Part shown: piece by piece, positions 45,165 through 53,278 of the stretch | How positions within the stretch are numbered: the stretch's first letter is position 1 | How the letters are laid out: each line of letters starts with the position of its first letter | Virus record (IMG/VR): IMGVR_UViG_3300031133_000403 | Strand: one strand, 5' to 3' | DNA: 59,226 nt | Origin: an uncultured virus (IMG/VR IMGVR_UViG_3300031133_000403) | Lineage: Duplodnaviria; Heunggongvirae; Uroviricota; Caudoviricetes | The notes under the pieces: generated by a model | Database searches by the model: none | What the model was told of the DNA's origin: nothing | The model's input: the letters and a program-made list of their open reading frames with translations, nothing else | Position numbers and translations under genes: made by a program

Positions 45165-45476
45165 CTATATGGTCACGATGCGCGTCACGCTCGCCCGTCG
45201 CCCGTCCGACAGGGTCGTCTCCCGCGTCACCGGTTGTCCCGGCACCCGTTCGATCTCCTCGAGGCTCGCGAGGATCGCCCCTGCCAGATCCGCATGGCGT
45301 TCCGCGTCCCTCGTCGGATGATGCGCCACGCCGGCGATCCGGCTGGCGGCTTCCGCCAGATCCTCGTCGACGTCGTCGAGATCCACCCGGGCGATCTCCG
45401 CCGAAGCCCGGCCCGAGCGGCTCACGACCGACACCACGTGCACGAGACTGGCCTGCGGGGCCGGCACTTCGTTCAC
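45165..45476 (-). CDS. Hypothetical protein
   Basis: GTG start overlapping the upstream TGA. Confidence 0.5.
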   Translation of the reverse strand: MNEVPAPQASLVHVVSVVSRSGRASAEIARVDLDDVDEDLAEAASRIAGVAHHPTRDAERHADLAGAILASLEEIERVPGQPVTRETTLSDGRRASVTRIVTI

Positions 45477-45787
45477 GGCAGGCGCGGCAGTGCGATGAGC
45501 AGCAGGGACACGATGACGTTGATGGTGCACATGATGCGGATCTTGCTGCCCCAGAACGCCAGACGCGGACCGCCGTCGTCCTTGGCCTGCAGCTTCGACC
45601 CGGCGTACCACATGGCGGCGACGCTGACCACGAGACCCGCCACGCCGACCGGCGTCGACAGCGTGTCCGGACCTCCGGTCATCATGGGCACGAGCACCCA
45701 GAGCATCGCCGCGGCGACGACGACCATCATCCAGTGGACGGTGGTCAGGATGCGGTGGTCGTGATGGATGTCGGGTCGCTGTGCCAT
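45473..45787 (-). CDS. Small three-TM membrane protein
   Basis: Three hydrophobic segments; CCTATAAG element directly upstream. Confidence 0.65.
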   Translation of the reverse strand: MAQRPDIHHDHRILTTVHWMMVVVAAAMLWVLVPMMTGGPDTLSTPVGVAGLVVSVAAMWYAGSKLQAKDDGGPRLAFWGSKIRIMCTINVIVSLLLIALPRLP

Positions 45788-45793
45788 GCCGCC

Positions 45794-45810
45794 CTTATAG
45801 GTCGGGGATG
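45794..45810 (-). promoter_or_regulatory. CATCCCCGACCTATAAG putative promoter element
   Basis: Near-identical to 18558-18573. Confidence 0.5.
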
Positions 45811-45826
45811 CCACGCGGCCTAGTCG

Positions 45827-46039
45827 TCATGCGGCGCGTGACGTCAGCGATCGCAGGCCCCAGCTACGGCATTTCATCTCGTTGGTCTGCTCGACGCCGT
45901 CCGGGCAGTCGCCGTTCATCTCGCACGCCATCTCCTCGGCCCGCGCCTCGGCGTCCTCGCGGCTTTCCGCCTCGATGTCGATCGTGTAGCGGTCGATCGT
46001 CACGACCTCGCGCGTCATCTCGAGCGTGAACTTTCCCAT
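45827..46039 (-). CDS. Small acidic hypothetical protein
   Basis: 70 aa; AAGGAG RBS; IEAESREDAEARA. Confidence 0.6.
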   Translation of the reverse strand: MGKFTLEMTREVVTIDRYTIDIEAESREDAEARAEEMACEMNGDCPDGVEQTNEMKCRSWGLRSLTSRAA

Positions 46040-46040
46040 G

Positions 46041-46631
46041 TCAGTCTCCTTCGTGGTCCCGGTACTGCAGTCGGGGAACGTCGAGCTTCGCCTCGATCGA
46101 TCCCGGGGTGTGCTGGCCTCTGAACGTGGTCGGTTCGTAGCTCGCCACGTCCCTGATGACGATCCGTTCGTCGTTGAGGAGTGGATGCTGCACCAGATCC
46201 GAAAGTGGCCGTCCCGGCAGCATGGAGCGCACCGATTCGGGCAGCACCGCCCCTTCTATGCGGATCTGGGCGTCTCCCGCGCTCCGCGGCGTCATTTCCC
46301 ACCAGCGTATGGCGCCATCGAACGTGGCGGTCTTCACGTCGAGGCTGAACATGCCGGTCGCGCGACGCCCGGTTATGACGCCTTCCATGTCGGGAAGACC
46401 GTCGGGTATGTCGCGTCCGTGGCGTTCGCGCAGCGTCCGGCGCTCGCTTTCGCCGCTGCAGTTGAACCTGTCGCTTCGCCTCGCCGTGTCCAGCAGGCCC
46501 AGACGCACCAGGCGTATGAAGCCCGTGACGCCTATGCCGCTCGCGTCGAGGAGCGCGGCGATGGGAACGCTGACCATCACCGGGGCGTCCCCCGGTCGTC
46601 GGGGCGTCGGCCGTCTCTGCCCGTTTATCAT
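46041..46631 (-). CDS. Expanded paralogue family member 20
   Basis: LPESVRSMLPGRPLSDLVQHPLL. Confidence 0.8.
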   Translation of the reverse strand: MINGQRRPTPRRPGDAPVMVSVPIAALLDASGIGVTGFIRLVRLGLLDTARRSDRFNCSGESERRTLRERHGRDIPDGLPDMEGVITGRRATGMFSLDVKTATFDGAIRWWEMTPRSAGDAQIRIEGAVLPESVRSMLPGRPLSDLVQHPLLNDERIVIRDVASYEPTTFRGQHTPGSIEAKLDVPRLQYRDHEGD

Positions 46632-47524
46632 CGCGGCTCTCCTGCAGGCGTGGTGGTCGACAAGGTGGCCAGAGCCAGATCCCGGCCTTCGATCGTGATC
46701 CTGGTGTGATCGTCTACAACTTCCGCGTGCGTCACCAGCCGTCCGTCGAGCGGGGTGCCCGTTCGCATCAGTTCGCCCAGGGGTCTTCCGACGATGGCGT
46801 TCAGCAGCGTTTCGGGTACGATCCCGAAGTGCGCCAGCGTGCGCCCGTCGAACACGTCCTCTCCGTCCGGATGGAATGGATGCGCGATGCGCAGATGGCA
46901 TGACGCACGTCTCTCCTCGAATGCGGTCGTCCTGGCGGAAGGGTGCGAGGGCTGTCTTCCATCGTCCAGATGAGGAACGCCGTGCAGCAGTCGCATCCTC
47001 CCCAGCATCCATGTGCGGGCGGCTTCGGGAGTGGCATCGTTTCCGCAGGCCTGCAGATGGGCCATGGTGAGCTGCAGGGTCATCTCGTCGATGAGCACGG
47101 GGCCGGGGGTCATTTCGGCATCGTCCGCCCCCTTTGCGGGCACGTCGATCGGCATCTCGATTCCGCATTCCCGCGCCCGCTCGATGCGCGCCGTCTGCCT
47201 GAACACGGGGGCCATGAGGTCGAACAACGCCATCAGCTGACCATGCCTGCGGTCGACCTGGAACAGTTCGGCCATCAGCGACGGGTCGCGACGATGCAGA
47301 CGGTCGGCATGGTCGGGCATGGACTCGCGTCCGCATATCTCCACCAGGTCGAACCGCCATCGCATGTCCATGCGGTGCAGCGTCGGGCTCCAGCCCCGAC
47401 CTTCGACCACGAGCGTCCGTCCGTTCTCCAGCCGACCTCCCTCCACCGTGACGCCCGCCAGATCCCTCATGGTGGAGCGCACCTGTTCGACGCCCGCGTC
47501 GATGAACTCCGCGCCCTCGGTCAA
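46628..47524 (-). CDS. Expanded paralogue family member 21
   Basis: VPETLLNAIVGRPLGELMRTG; GWSPTLH shared with the next gene. Confidence 0.75.
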   Translation of the reverse strand: MTEGAEFIDAGVEQVRSTMRDLAGVTVEGGRLENGRTLVVEGRGWSPTLHRMDMRWRFDLVEICGRESMPDHADRLHRRDPSLMAELFQVDRRHGQLMALFDLMAPVFRQTARIERARECGIEMPIDVPAKGADDAEMTPGPVLIDEMTLQLTMAHLQACGNDATPEAARTWMLGRMRLLHGVPHLDDGRQPSHPSARTTAFEERRASCHLRIAHPFHPDGEDVFDGRTLAHFGIVPETLLNAIVGRPLGELMRTGTPLDGRLVTHAEVVDDHTRITIEGRDLALATLSTTTPAGEPR

Positions 47525-48432
47525 TTCAGATGCTCCTGGATGGAGGCCAGGCTCACGTCGTCGTGTTCCAGCCTGATCTTCGTATCCATGTGCCCGCGTT
47601 CGCAGCTCGCGATCGTCCTCGCGTCCAGAACCGTCCCCGTCGATACGACGTCGGCCAGTGGTCTGCCCGTCATCGCGGTCATGACGCTCGCGGGGAGCGT
47701 TTCCGCGATGACGACGTCGCGACCATCGAAGGTGGCGTCGCCATCGATGATGGCCTCCATGCGCATGCGTGGCACGCCGTCGCCGTCGTCGAGCTCGGTC
47801 GTCATCTCGCCCATCCACATTGCGTCGTCGGCATCGACCATTTCGCCGGCGTGCGCCTCGCACAGCAGGCGCAGGATCCCGTGTGCCGCGTCTTCCGCGT
47901 TTCCGGCGCCTGCGCGGATCAGCGAGATCAGCGCCCGGTCCACCATGACGTGCCCCACCGCCATCCGCTTCAGATCCGCGATGGTCGGCTCCGCCGTGCC
48001 GTTCGGCAGCGCGACCTCGTGTCCCAGCCGCGACGCCGCGTCGGCACGTCGCCATTGCCGTGCCGCCATGACGGCCACCTCGCCGGCGCCGTTCCGCACA
48101 TGCATCGACGGCGCGATCATCGTTTCGGGTCTGAGCAGGTCCGCCACCACGGACGGGTCCCGCGCGTTCACCCTCGCCACTGCGTTCGGCACGAGGCATT
48201 GCGGGTGTCTGGCCATGACGCCGACGTCGAAGTCCCATATGGTCTTGATCATGTGAAGGGTCGGACTCCATCCCGTGCCCCACACCGTGATCAGCGTGCT
48301 CGACGGATCCGCGTCCGCGCTGGTCACCCGCACGCCGGGAATGCCTTCGAAGCGGCGCGACAGGTAGGCGACGGCCTCCGTGGCGAATTCGTCCTGGTGC
48401 ATCATCCGATCCTCGTGTCGTGCTGCGCCCAT
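47521..48432 (-). CDS. Expanded paralogue family member 22
   Basis: LPASVMTAMTGRPLADVVSTG; GWSPTLH. Confidence 0.8.
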   Translation of the reverse strand: MGAARHEDRMMHQDEFATEAVAYLSRRFEGIPGVRVTSADADPSSTLITVWGTGWSPTLHMIKTIWDFDVGVMARHPQCLVPNAVARVNARDPSVVADLLRPETMIAPSMHVRNGAGEVAVMAARQWRRADAASRLGHEVALPNGTAEPTIADLKRMAVGHVMVDRALISLIRAGAGNAEDAAHGILRLLCEAHAGEMVDADDAMWMGEMTTELDDGDGVPRMRMEAIIDGDATFDGRDVVIAETLPASVMTAMTGRPLADVVSTGTVLDARTIASCERGHMDTKIRLEHDDVSLASIQEHLN

Positions 48433-48436
48433 GTGC

Positions 48437-48910
48437 TCATTCGGACGGCCTGAGCGTCAGGCGGGTCGTTCCCCCCGATGCCACCGAACCAGGCAGACCC
48501 TGGAGCATGTGATGCACGCTCGCTATGGTCATGCGTTCGGCGCCGGGCATGGACACCACTTCCCGGAGCCCCATGCCCGTCAGCGACGTCGCGATGGTCT
48601 CGGGCAGGCCGTAGAGCGTCAGCGTGCGGTAGTCGTGTCTTCCGGCGTAGCGTCTGACCTCGTACGACGTGTGCGTGGGGGCGCCCCAGAACACCTCGCA
48701 GCGATCTCCTTCCGACATCTCCATGCTGGGCATGCCGTCTATTGCGATCAGCCTGCCCTTCAGACGATTGCGGTCCCGCGACCAGCAGCCGATGCGCATG
48801 TCCACCGCGTGGGTCGCGTATGCGGCGGCCACGATCGGGTCGTCCCAGCCGGGAACCGCCGCTGGGAAGGCGCCATCGTCACCGACCTGGTGGGAGGCTG
48901 GATCGATCAT
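48437..48910 (-). CDS. Expanded paralogue family member 23
   Basis: LPETIATSLTGMGLREVVSMPG; start MIDPASH after GGAGGG. Confidence 0.75.
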   Translation of the reverse strand: MIDPASHQVGDDGAFPAAVPGWDDPIVAAAYATHAVDMRIGCWSRDRNRLKGRLIAIDGMPSMEMSEGDRCEVFWGAPTHTSYEVRRYAGRHDYRTLTLYGLPETIATSLTGMGLREVVSMPGAERMTIASVHHMLQGLPGSVASGGTTRLTLRPSE

Positions 48911-48932
48911 GTCATCCCTCCGTCGAGTCGCG

Positions 48933-48961
48933 AAAAAAAGGGGCCGCCCGAAGACGACCCC
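48933..48961 (-). terminator. Intrinsic terminator
   Basis: GGGGTCGTC-TTCG-GGCGGCCCC-TTTTTTT. Confidence 0.9.
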
Positions 48962-48993
48962 TGAAGGTTTTAGGAGAGGATGCCTGAAAGACC
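48933..48993 (-). ncRNA. Candidate ~60-nt small RNA with UCCUCUCC anti-SD-like loop
   Basis: Lies between a sigma70-like promoter and a strong terminator, with no ORF between them. Confidence 0.55.
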
Positions 48994-48998
48994 CGCTC

Positions 48999-49026
48999 AT
49001 TATACGCTGCCGTTTGTGCAGTGCAA
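48999..49026 (-). promoter_or_regulatory. Sigma70-like promoter TTGCAC-N16-TATAAT
   Basis: Perfect -10 hexamer, rare in this GC-rich DNA, with a plausible -35. Confidence 0.65.
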
Positions 49027-49038
49027 CATGGATCTGTG

Positions 49039-49368
49039 TCAGGCTGATGCCGACCGGCGTGGGCGACCACCCTCGAGAAGCCTGCGGGTGAATGCCGCCA
49101 GGCTGGCGACGCCGTCGTCGCCCAGGTCGAGATTGTCGCATACGGGATCCAGCAGGGCCGCGATTGCCACGTCCTGGACGTTGGCCGTGCTCGCGGGCGG
49201 CGCGCAGGGTTGTTCGCGCGCAACGGGCGTTCCGGGTCGCACCGCCTCGCGGTCGCGGGCGCGTTCGATGCCCTGTTCGATGCGCGGATGCGGCACGATG
49301 CCAGCGGTCCCGCCGATCGGCCTCGTGATGCTCAACTTCTCTCGCGGCGCGCGCGCTGTGTCTGTCAT
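49039..49368 (-). CDS. Hypothetical protein
   Basis: Start MTDTARAP after CAGGA; weak support. Confidence 0.45.
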   Translation of the reverse strand: MTDTARAPREKLSITRPIGGTAGIVPHPRIEQGIERARDREAVRPGTPVAREQPCAPPASTANVQDVAIAALLDPVCDNLDLGDDGVASLAAFTRRLLEGGRPRRSASA

Positions 49369-49419
49369 GTGTAGGTCCTGTGGGGTGTCTTGCCGTGAGT
49401 CGTGCGACCGCTTCGGTGG

Positions 49420-49461
49420 TTGTAGGATGGATTGATGCGAGATCCGCATCCATCCTGAAAA
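49420..49461. promoter_or_regulatory. Palindromic arrangement of two box B copies
   Basis: AGGATGG...ATGCG-AGATC-CGCAT-CCATCCTGAAAA. Confidence 0.5.
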
Positions 49462-49480
49462 ATGTTTGGTTGTTCCAGGC

Positions 49481-49858
49481 TCAGCCCGGCGCCCTCGTCA
49501 TCCAGTCCGGCGTGTGACCCTCGGGATGCATCGCGCGGATCTGCGCGATCGCCATGCTGATTGTGCCCTCGGGATCCGGGCCGCCGGCCAGGAAGTGCCT
49601 CACGACGCCGAGCGCGGTCTCGGTGCGCGTGACGCGCTCCACGTCCTGTCGGCATTCGAGGATCACCGCCTTGTCGCCGGTGTTGGCCCATGAGTCAACC
49701 AGGCCCTCGCGCCAGATGCGCGCGTGTCGGCATGCGGTGGCCAGCAGATCCTTGTCGGCTTCGCTCAACGCGGGTGCGGTGTCGGCGAGTCTCGGCAGCA
49801 GATCGTGGTAGGCCTGGATGATCGCCTTGGTGCGATCGCGTATCGTATCGTCGCTCAT
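49481..49858 (-). CDS. Hypothetical protein
   Basis: Start MSDDTIRD after GAGGAG. Confidence 0.6.
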   Translation of the reverse strand: MSDDTIRDRTKAIIQAYHDLLPRLADTAPALSEADKDLLATACRHARIWREGLVDSWANTGDKAVILECRQDVERVTRTETALGVVRHFLAGGPDPEGTISMAIAQIRAMHPEGHTPDWMTRAPG

Positions 49859-49920
49859 CTCCTCGCGGTCGAGGATGGCGTCCTGCACGATCGAGCGCAG
49901 GACGCGTCTGGGGGGAAGGC

Positions 49921-50460
49921 TCACCGATTTTCTCCTTCGTGGTCGCATTCGCCGTCACGCCACCGCCGCACCCGTGGTCCGAACCGGGCAGGCAACGGAG
50001 CCTTCTTCTGGTAGGGGATCGTCTCGTGCCGTCCCTCGTCGCACGCCAGTCTCAGCGTCGTGCCCTTGGACGAGTGGTCCTGCACCGCCCGCCTGATGCG
50101 CAGGCCCGCCACCGGGGCTCCATGCACCACCTCCTCGATCAACCGGCCGCGCACTGCGACCGCCACGGTCTCGGGGATCGTCGCGCGGGGCATGCTGAGC
50201 GTGCCCCGCTTCCAGCGCGCACCCGAGGCGAACTCGATCGTCGTCACGATCTCCCGGTGCGTGGCGCTCCATTTGCGCTCCATCCGCATCGAGACGACGT
50301 CCGCGCGGGTGAAGTGTATCCCGCCCCAGGTCTGCGTCTCGGTCAGCCCGTACGGCTGCTGCGATCTGCAGTATCTCAGGAACCCGTCGAGCATGTTCCG
50401 CCCGGCCTGCGTCAGCGTCTCCATGACGCCGAGGCTGACCACGTCGGTCTGAAAGTCCAT
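49921..50460 (-). CDS. Expanded paralogue family member 24
   Basis: IPETVAVAVRGRLIEEVVHG. Confidence 0.75.
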   Translation of the reverse strand: MDFQTDVVSLGVMETLTQAGRNMLDGFLRYCRSQQPYGLTETQTWGGIHFTRADVVSMRMERKWSATHREIVTTIEFASGARWKRGTLSMPRATIPETVAVAVRGRLIEEVVHGAPVAGLRIRRAVQDHSSKGTTLRLACDEGRHETIPYQKKAPLPARFGPRVRRWRDGECDHEGENR

Positions 50461-50514
50461 TACCTTTTCACCCTTCCGACATCGTTCGAAAGGGCGTTCC
50501 GAGACGGTCCTCCC

Positions 50515-52521
50515 TTACTTCCCTCGTGCCGCCGTCGGCAGCGGACGACGGAACACGACGACCTCGCCCTCCTGCGGGGCGGGGGTCGGCGTCGGCGTCG
50601 TCGTGGCGCACGACCGCGTCTCGCTCACCGCGGGACGAGCCGTGGTGCATGCCGCGTCCGATGCCTTGGCGCCGTCGTTGCGGCGGCATTCGACCGTGAC
50701 GGTGCGCGTCTCCACGCCCGCCGTGCATTCCGACCATGCACCCGTGCCCGTCTGCGCCCAGTCGTAGGTGCAGGTGGACGTGTCGGTCACCCGTTCGCTG
50801 TCGGTCGGACGCGAAGCGGCGTCGCAGCTCCCGATCGGAGCGGCATCGCCGTTGGAGCGCGTGCACGTCACCTGGCGGGTGCGCGTGACGTCGCCGCACG
50901 CCGCAGGCGTCGTCCAATCGCCGGTGCTCCAGGCGAAGGTGCAGGTCGAGTAGTCGGTCGTCGCTTCGCTCGACGCCGGCTTGTCCGACCCGCACGAGGA
51001 ATCCCCTACCGTCTGTCCGTCGGAACGGATGCAGCTGACGGTCCGCGAATGCGTGGTCGCGCCGCACGCCGGCACCGCGGCGCCGAAGGCCCCCGGACGC
51101 CACTCGTATCCGCAGCCCGACGTCTGGTAGCTCTCGCGCGTCGTGTCGGGTTTCGTCTCGGCGCACTGCGCGTCGGCGACCGTGGTGCCCTCCGAGCGAC
51201 GGCACGTGACCGTGCGTGATTCCGTGGCCGCACCGCAGGTCGCCGTCGGGGCGCTCCAGTCGTTCACCGTCCACGCGAACGTGCACGTCGCGTAGCTCGG
51301 AGCGGCCTCCTGCATCACCGGCTTCGTGCCGGCCGCCGAGCAGGCTCCGTCGTCCACGCGCCGTCCGTCGGAACGGAAGCACCAGACGTCCCGGTACTTG
51401 ACGGATGGTCCGCACGCGGCGGCGGGTTCCGCATATTCGCCCGTCTGCCATTCGGCGCCGCATCCCGACGTCTGGTACGACGTCTGCGTGGATTCCGGCT
51501 TCGTCGTCGCCGAGCATGCGGCGTCCTGCGCCGTCGCGCCATCCGAGCGCAGGCAGGTCACGCTCCGCGCCTGCGTCGCGTTCCCGCAGGTGGTCGAGGG
51601 ATCCGTGAAGGCTCCGACCGTCCATGCGTGCGTGCACGCCGAATAGTCGTTGGTCTGCTGGGTCGTCGAGGGCATGGTGGAGACGGCGCACATGTCGTTG
51701 ACGACGAGCTGCCCGTCCGAGCGTCGGCACGACAGGGTCCGCGTCTGCGTGGTCGCGCCGCACGACGGCGTGACCGGGCTGAACGCCGACGGCTCCCACG
51801 TGTAGCCGCAACCCGCCGTCTGGTACGAGCTCTCGGTCGCCGACGGCTTGGGCGCGGCGCATGCGAAGTCCTGCAGCGTCGCGCCGTTGTCCGGATTGAC
51901 GCACGTGACGGGACGCGACCTCGTCGCGTCGCCGCAGCTCGCCGACCAGTCGCCGTATCCACCCGTGATCCATACCGGCGGCGAAGACCTGTCCGCCGTG
52001 CCGGTCAGTCCGGTGACCACGAACGCGCTCGGTGGTCCAAGATCGGTGACCGTGAAGGTCAGCGTGTTGATGCCCTCCTTGAATCCGCTGGCGATGACGA
52101 AGGGCGTCAGATTGGTGAAGGCGAGGTTCTCCGCGACCGGGGGGCCGCCGTTCAGGCTCACCGTGCCTTCGTTGTCGATGGCGAAGGAGCCGCTGATCCG
52201 GGCGGTCGCCACGTTGTATCCCGTCAGGTCGAACGTGAGCGTGTACTGGACCGTCTGGCGTCCCTCCTGGTAGGAGCCGTCGCCGGACTGTCCGATCCAC
52301 TGCGCGTCCCCCTGCACCGGATAGGCGCCGTTGTAGTATGTGATTGCGGGACCGCCGTTGACGCGGTAGTGCGCATCCACGCCACCACTTCCCGCATGAA
52401 GCCTGCCTGCGGGATCGAGACCCGTGTTGTACAGTCCGGGGATCGGATCCGCCCATGCGGCCGCAGGCACCAGCATCGTGGCGGCGGCGAGTGCGAGGCG
52501 GAACCTCTTGTAGATGGACAT
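50515..52521 (-). CDS. Secreted protein D: beta-sandwich head, 8 TSP1-like repeats and Pro/Thr linker
   Basis: Signal peptide; GLYNTG...YTLTFDLTG...AIDN...LNG...F..GINTLTFTV head; eight W/C repeats; tail EVVVFRRPL. Confidence 0.85.
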   Translation of the reverse strand: MSIYKRFRLALAAATMLVPAAAWADPIPGLYNTGLDPAGRLHAGSGGVDAHYRVNGGPAITYYNGAYPVQGDAQWIGQSGDGSYQEGRQTVQYTLTFDLTGYNVATARISGSFAIDNEGTVSLNGGPPVAENLAFTNLTPFVIASGFKEGINTLTFTVTDLGPPSAFVVTGLTGTADRSSPPVWITGGYGDWSASCGDATRSRPVTCVNPDNGATLQDFACAAPKPSATESSYQTAGCGYTWEPSAFSPVTPSCGATTQTRTLSCRRSDGQLVVNDMCAVSTMPSTTQQTNDYSACTHAWTVGAFTDPSTTCGNATQARSVTCLRSDGATAQDAACSATTKPESTQTSYQTSGCGAEWQTGEYAEPAAACGPSVKYRDVWCFRSDGRRVDDGACSAAGTKPVMQEAAPSYATCTFAWTVNDWSAPTATCGAATESRTVTCRRSEGTTVADAQCAETKPDTTRESYQTSGCGYEWRPGAFGAAVPACGATTHSRTVSCIRSDGQTVGDSSCGSDKPASSEATTDYSTCTFAWSTGDWTTPAACGDVTRTRQVTCTRSNGDAAPIGSCDAASRPTDSERVTDTSTCTYDWAQTGTGAWSECTAGVETRTVTVECRRNDGAKASDAACTTARPAVSETRSCATTTPTPTPAPQEGEVVVFRRPLPTAARGK

Positions 52522-52571
52522 GGTCTGATCCCCGGTGCTCTTGGCGTACCGGTTGCATAGGATGATTCACA

Positions 52572-52621
52572 CCATCCTGCAAATCGTCAAGCGCATGGCT
52601 CGATCAATTCCACGTGCGCAA
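52572..52621. promoter_or_regulatory. Box B (CCATCCTGCAAA, 52572-52583) and box A (TTCCACGTGCGCAA, 52608-52621)
   Basis: Same pair of boxes as upstream of secreted proteins A, B and C. Confidence 0.6.
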
Positions 52622-52626
52622 GCGTC

Positions 52627-53169
52627 TCAGTCGATCGATGCGATCTCCTGCGGACGCACCCGGGCATCCTCGCCGTAGGGCTGTTCGCCGATGACGTTGC
52701 CGGCCGGCCAGTATCGACACACCAGCACTTCGTCGCTGCGATTGGCGCGCACCGCGCATCCGACCTTTCGCGTACCCGCCCACACCATCTGCGTGTAGTG
52801 GCCCACCTTCTCGTAGTCGTCCTCCCACGACGACATTCGGGCCAGATCGCGCTTTTCGCCGCTCCATCCGCCGATCATCTGCCGAAGGCCGAACGCACCC
52901 TTGGTGCCCAGCCACAGGTTTTCGCCCTGGCCGTTGTCGTCGTCGTTCTCCTCGCCCCAGTGGACCAGGTCGTCGATGTCCGCGAGATGCTCCGCCCACT
53001 GCGCGGCGTCGCGCGCGAGCGAGGCGTCCCATTCGATCGGCGGCGATCCCACGCGTGCCCGCTCCTCGTCGTGCATCTGCACTATCGATCGTTCGAACGC
53101 CGCGGGATCCCTCATGACGGGAGCGGTCGTCGCGACGGCGGCGGCGGCCAGCAGGAGCGATGTTAGCAT
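52627..53169 (-). CDS. CAP/SCP (PR-1-like) domain secreted protein
   Basis: H...R.RVGSPPIEWDASLARDA..WA..L, GENL, GHYTQMVW..T.KVGCA, VCRYWPAGN. Confidence 0.92.
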   Translation of the reverse strand: MLTSLLLAAAAVATTAPVMRDPAAFERSIVQMHDEERARVGSPPIEWDASLARDAAQWAEHLADIDDLVHWGEENDDDNGQGENLWLGTKGAFGLRQMIGGWSGEKRDLARMSSWEDDYEKVGHYTQMVWAGTRKVGCAVRANRSDEVLVCRYWPAGNVIGEQPYGEDARVRPQEIASID

Positions 53170-53278
53170 TTCGACCTCGCGGCTTGCAGGATGAAGGAGT
53201 TCGATCTCCATCATGCGCGCGACAGGTTACCGGAAGGTTGACGCACGCCGGCGATCTTCGCGGTTCTTCTCGATGGAG

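Noticed and set aside
50515..50600. PEP-CTERM sorting signal on protein D
   Set aside because: The head resembles PEP-CTERM-associated domains, but the tail has no VPEP motif or TM helix
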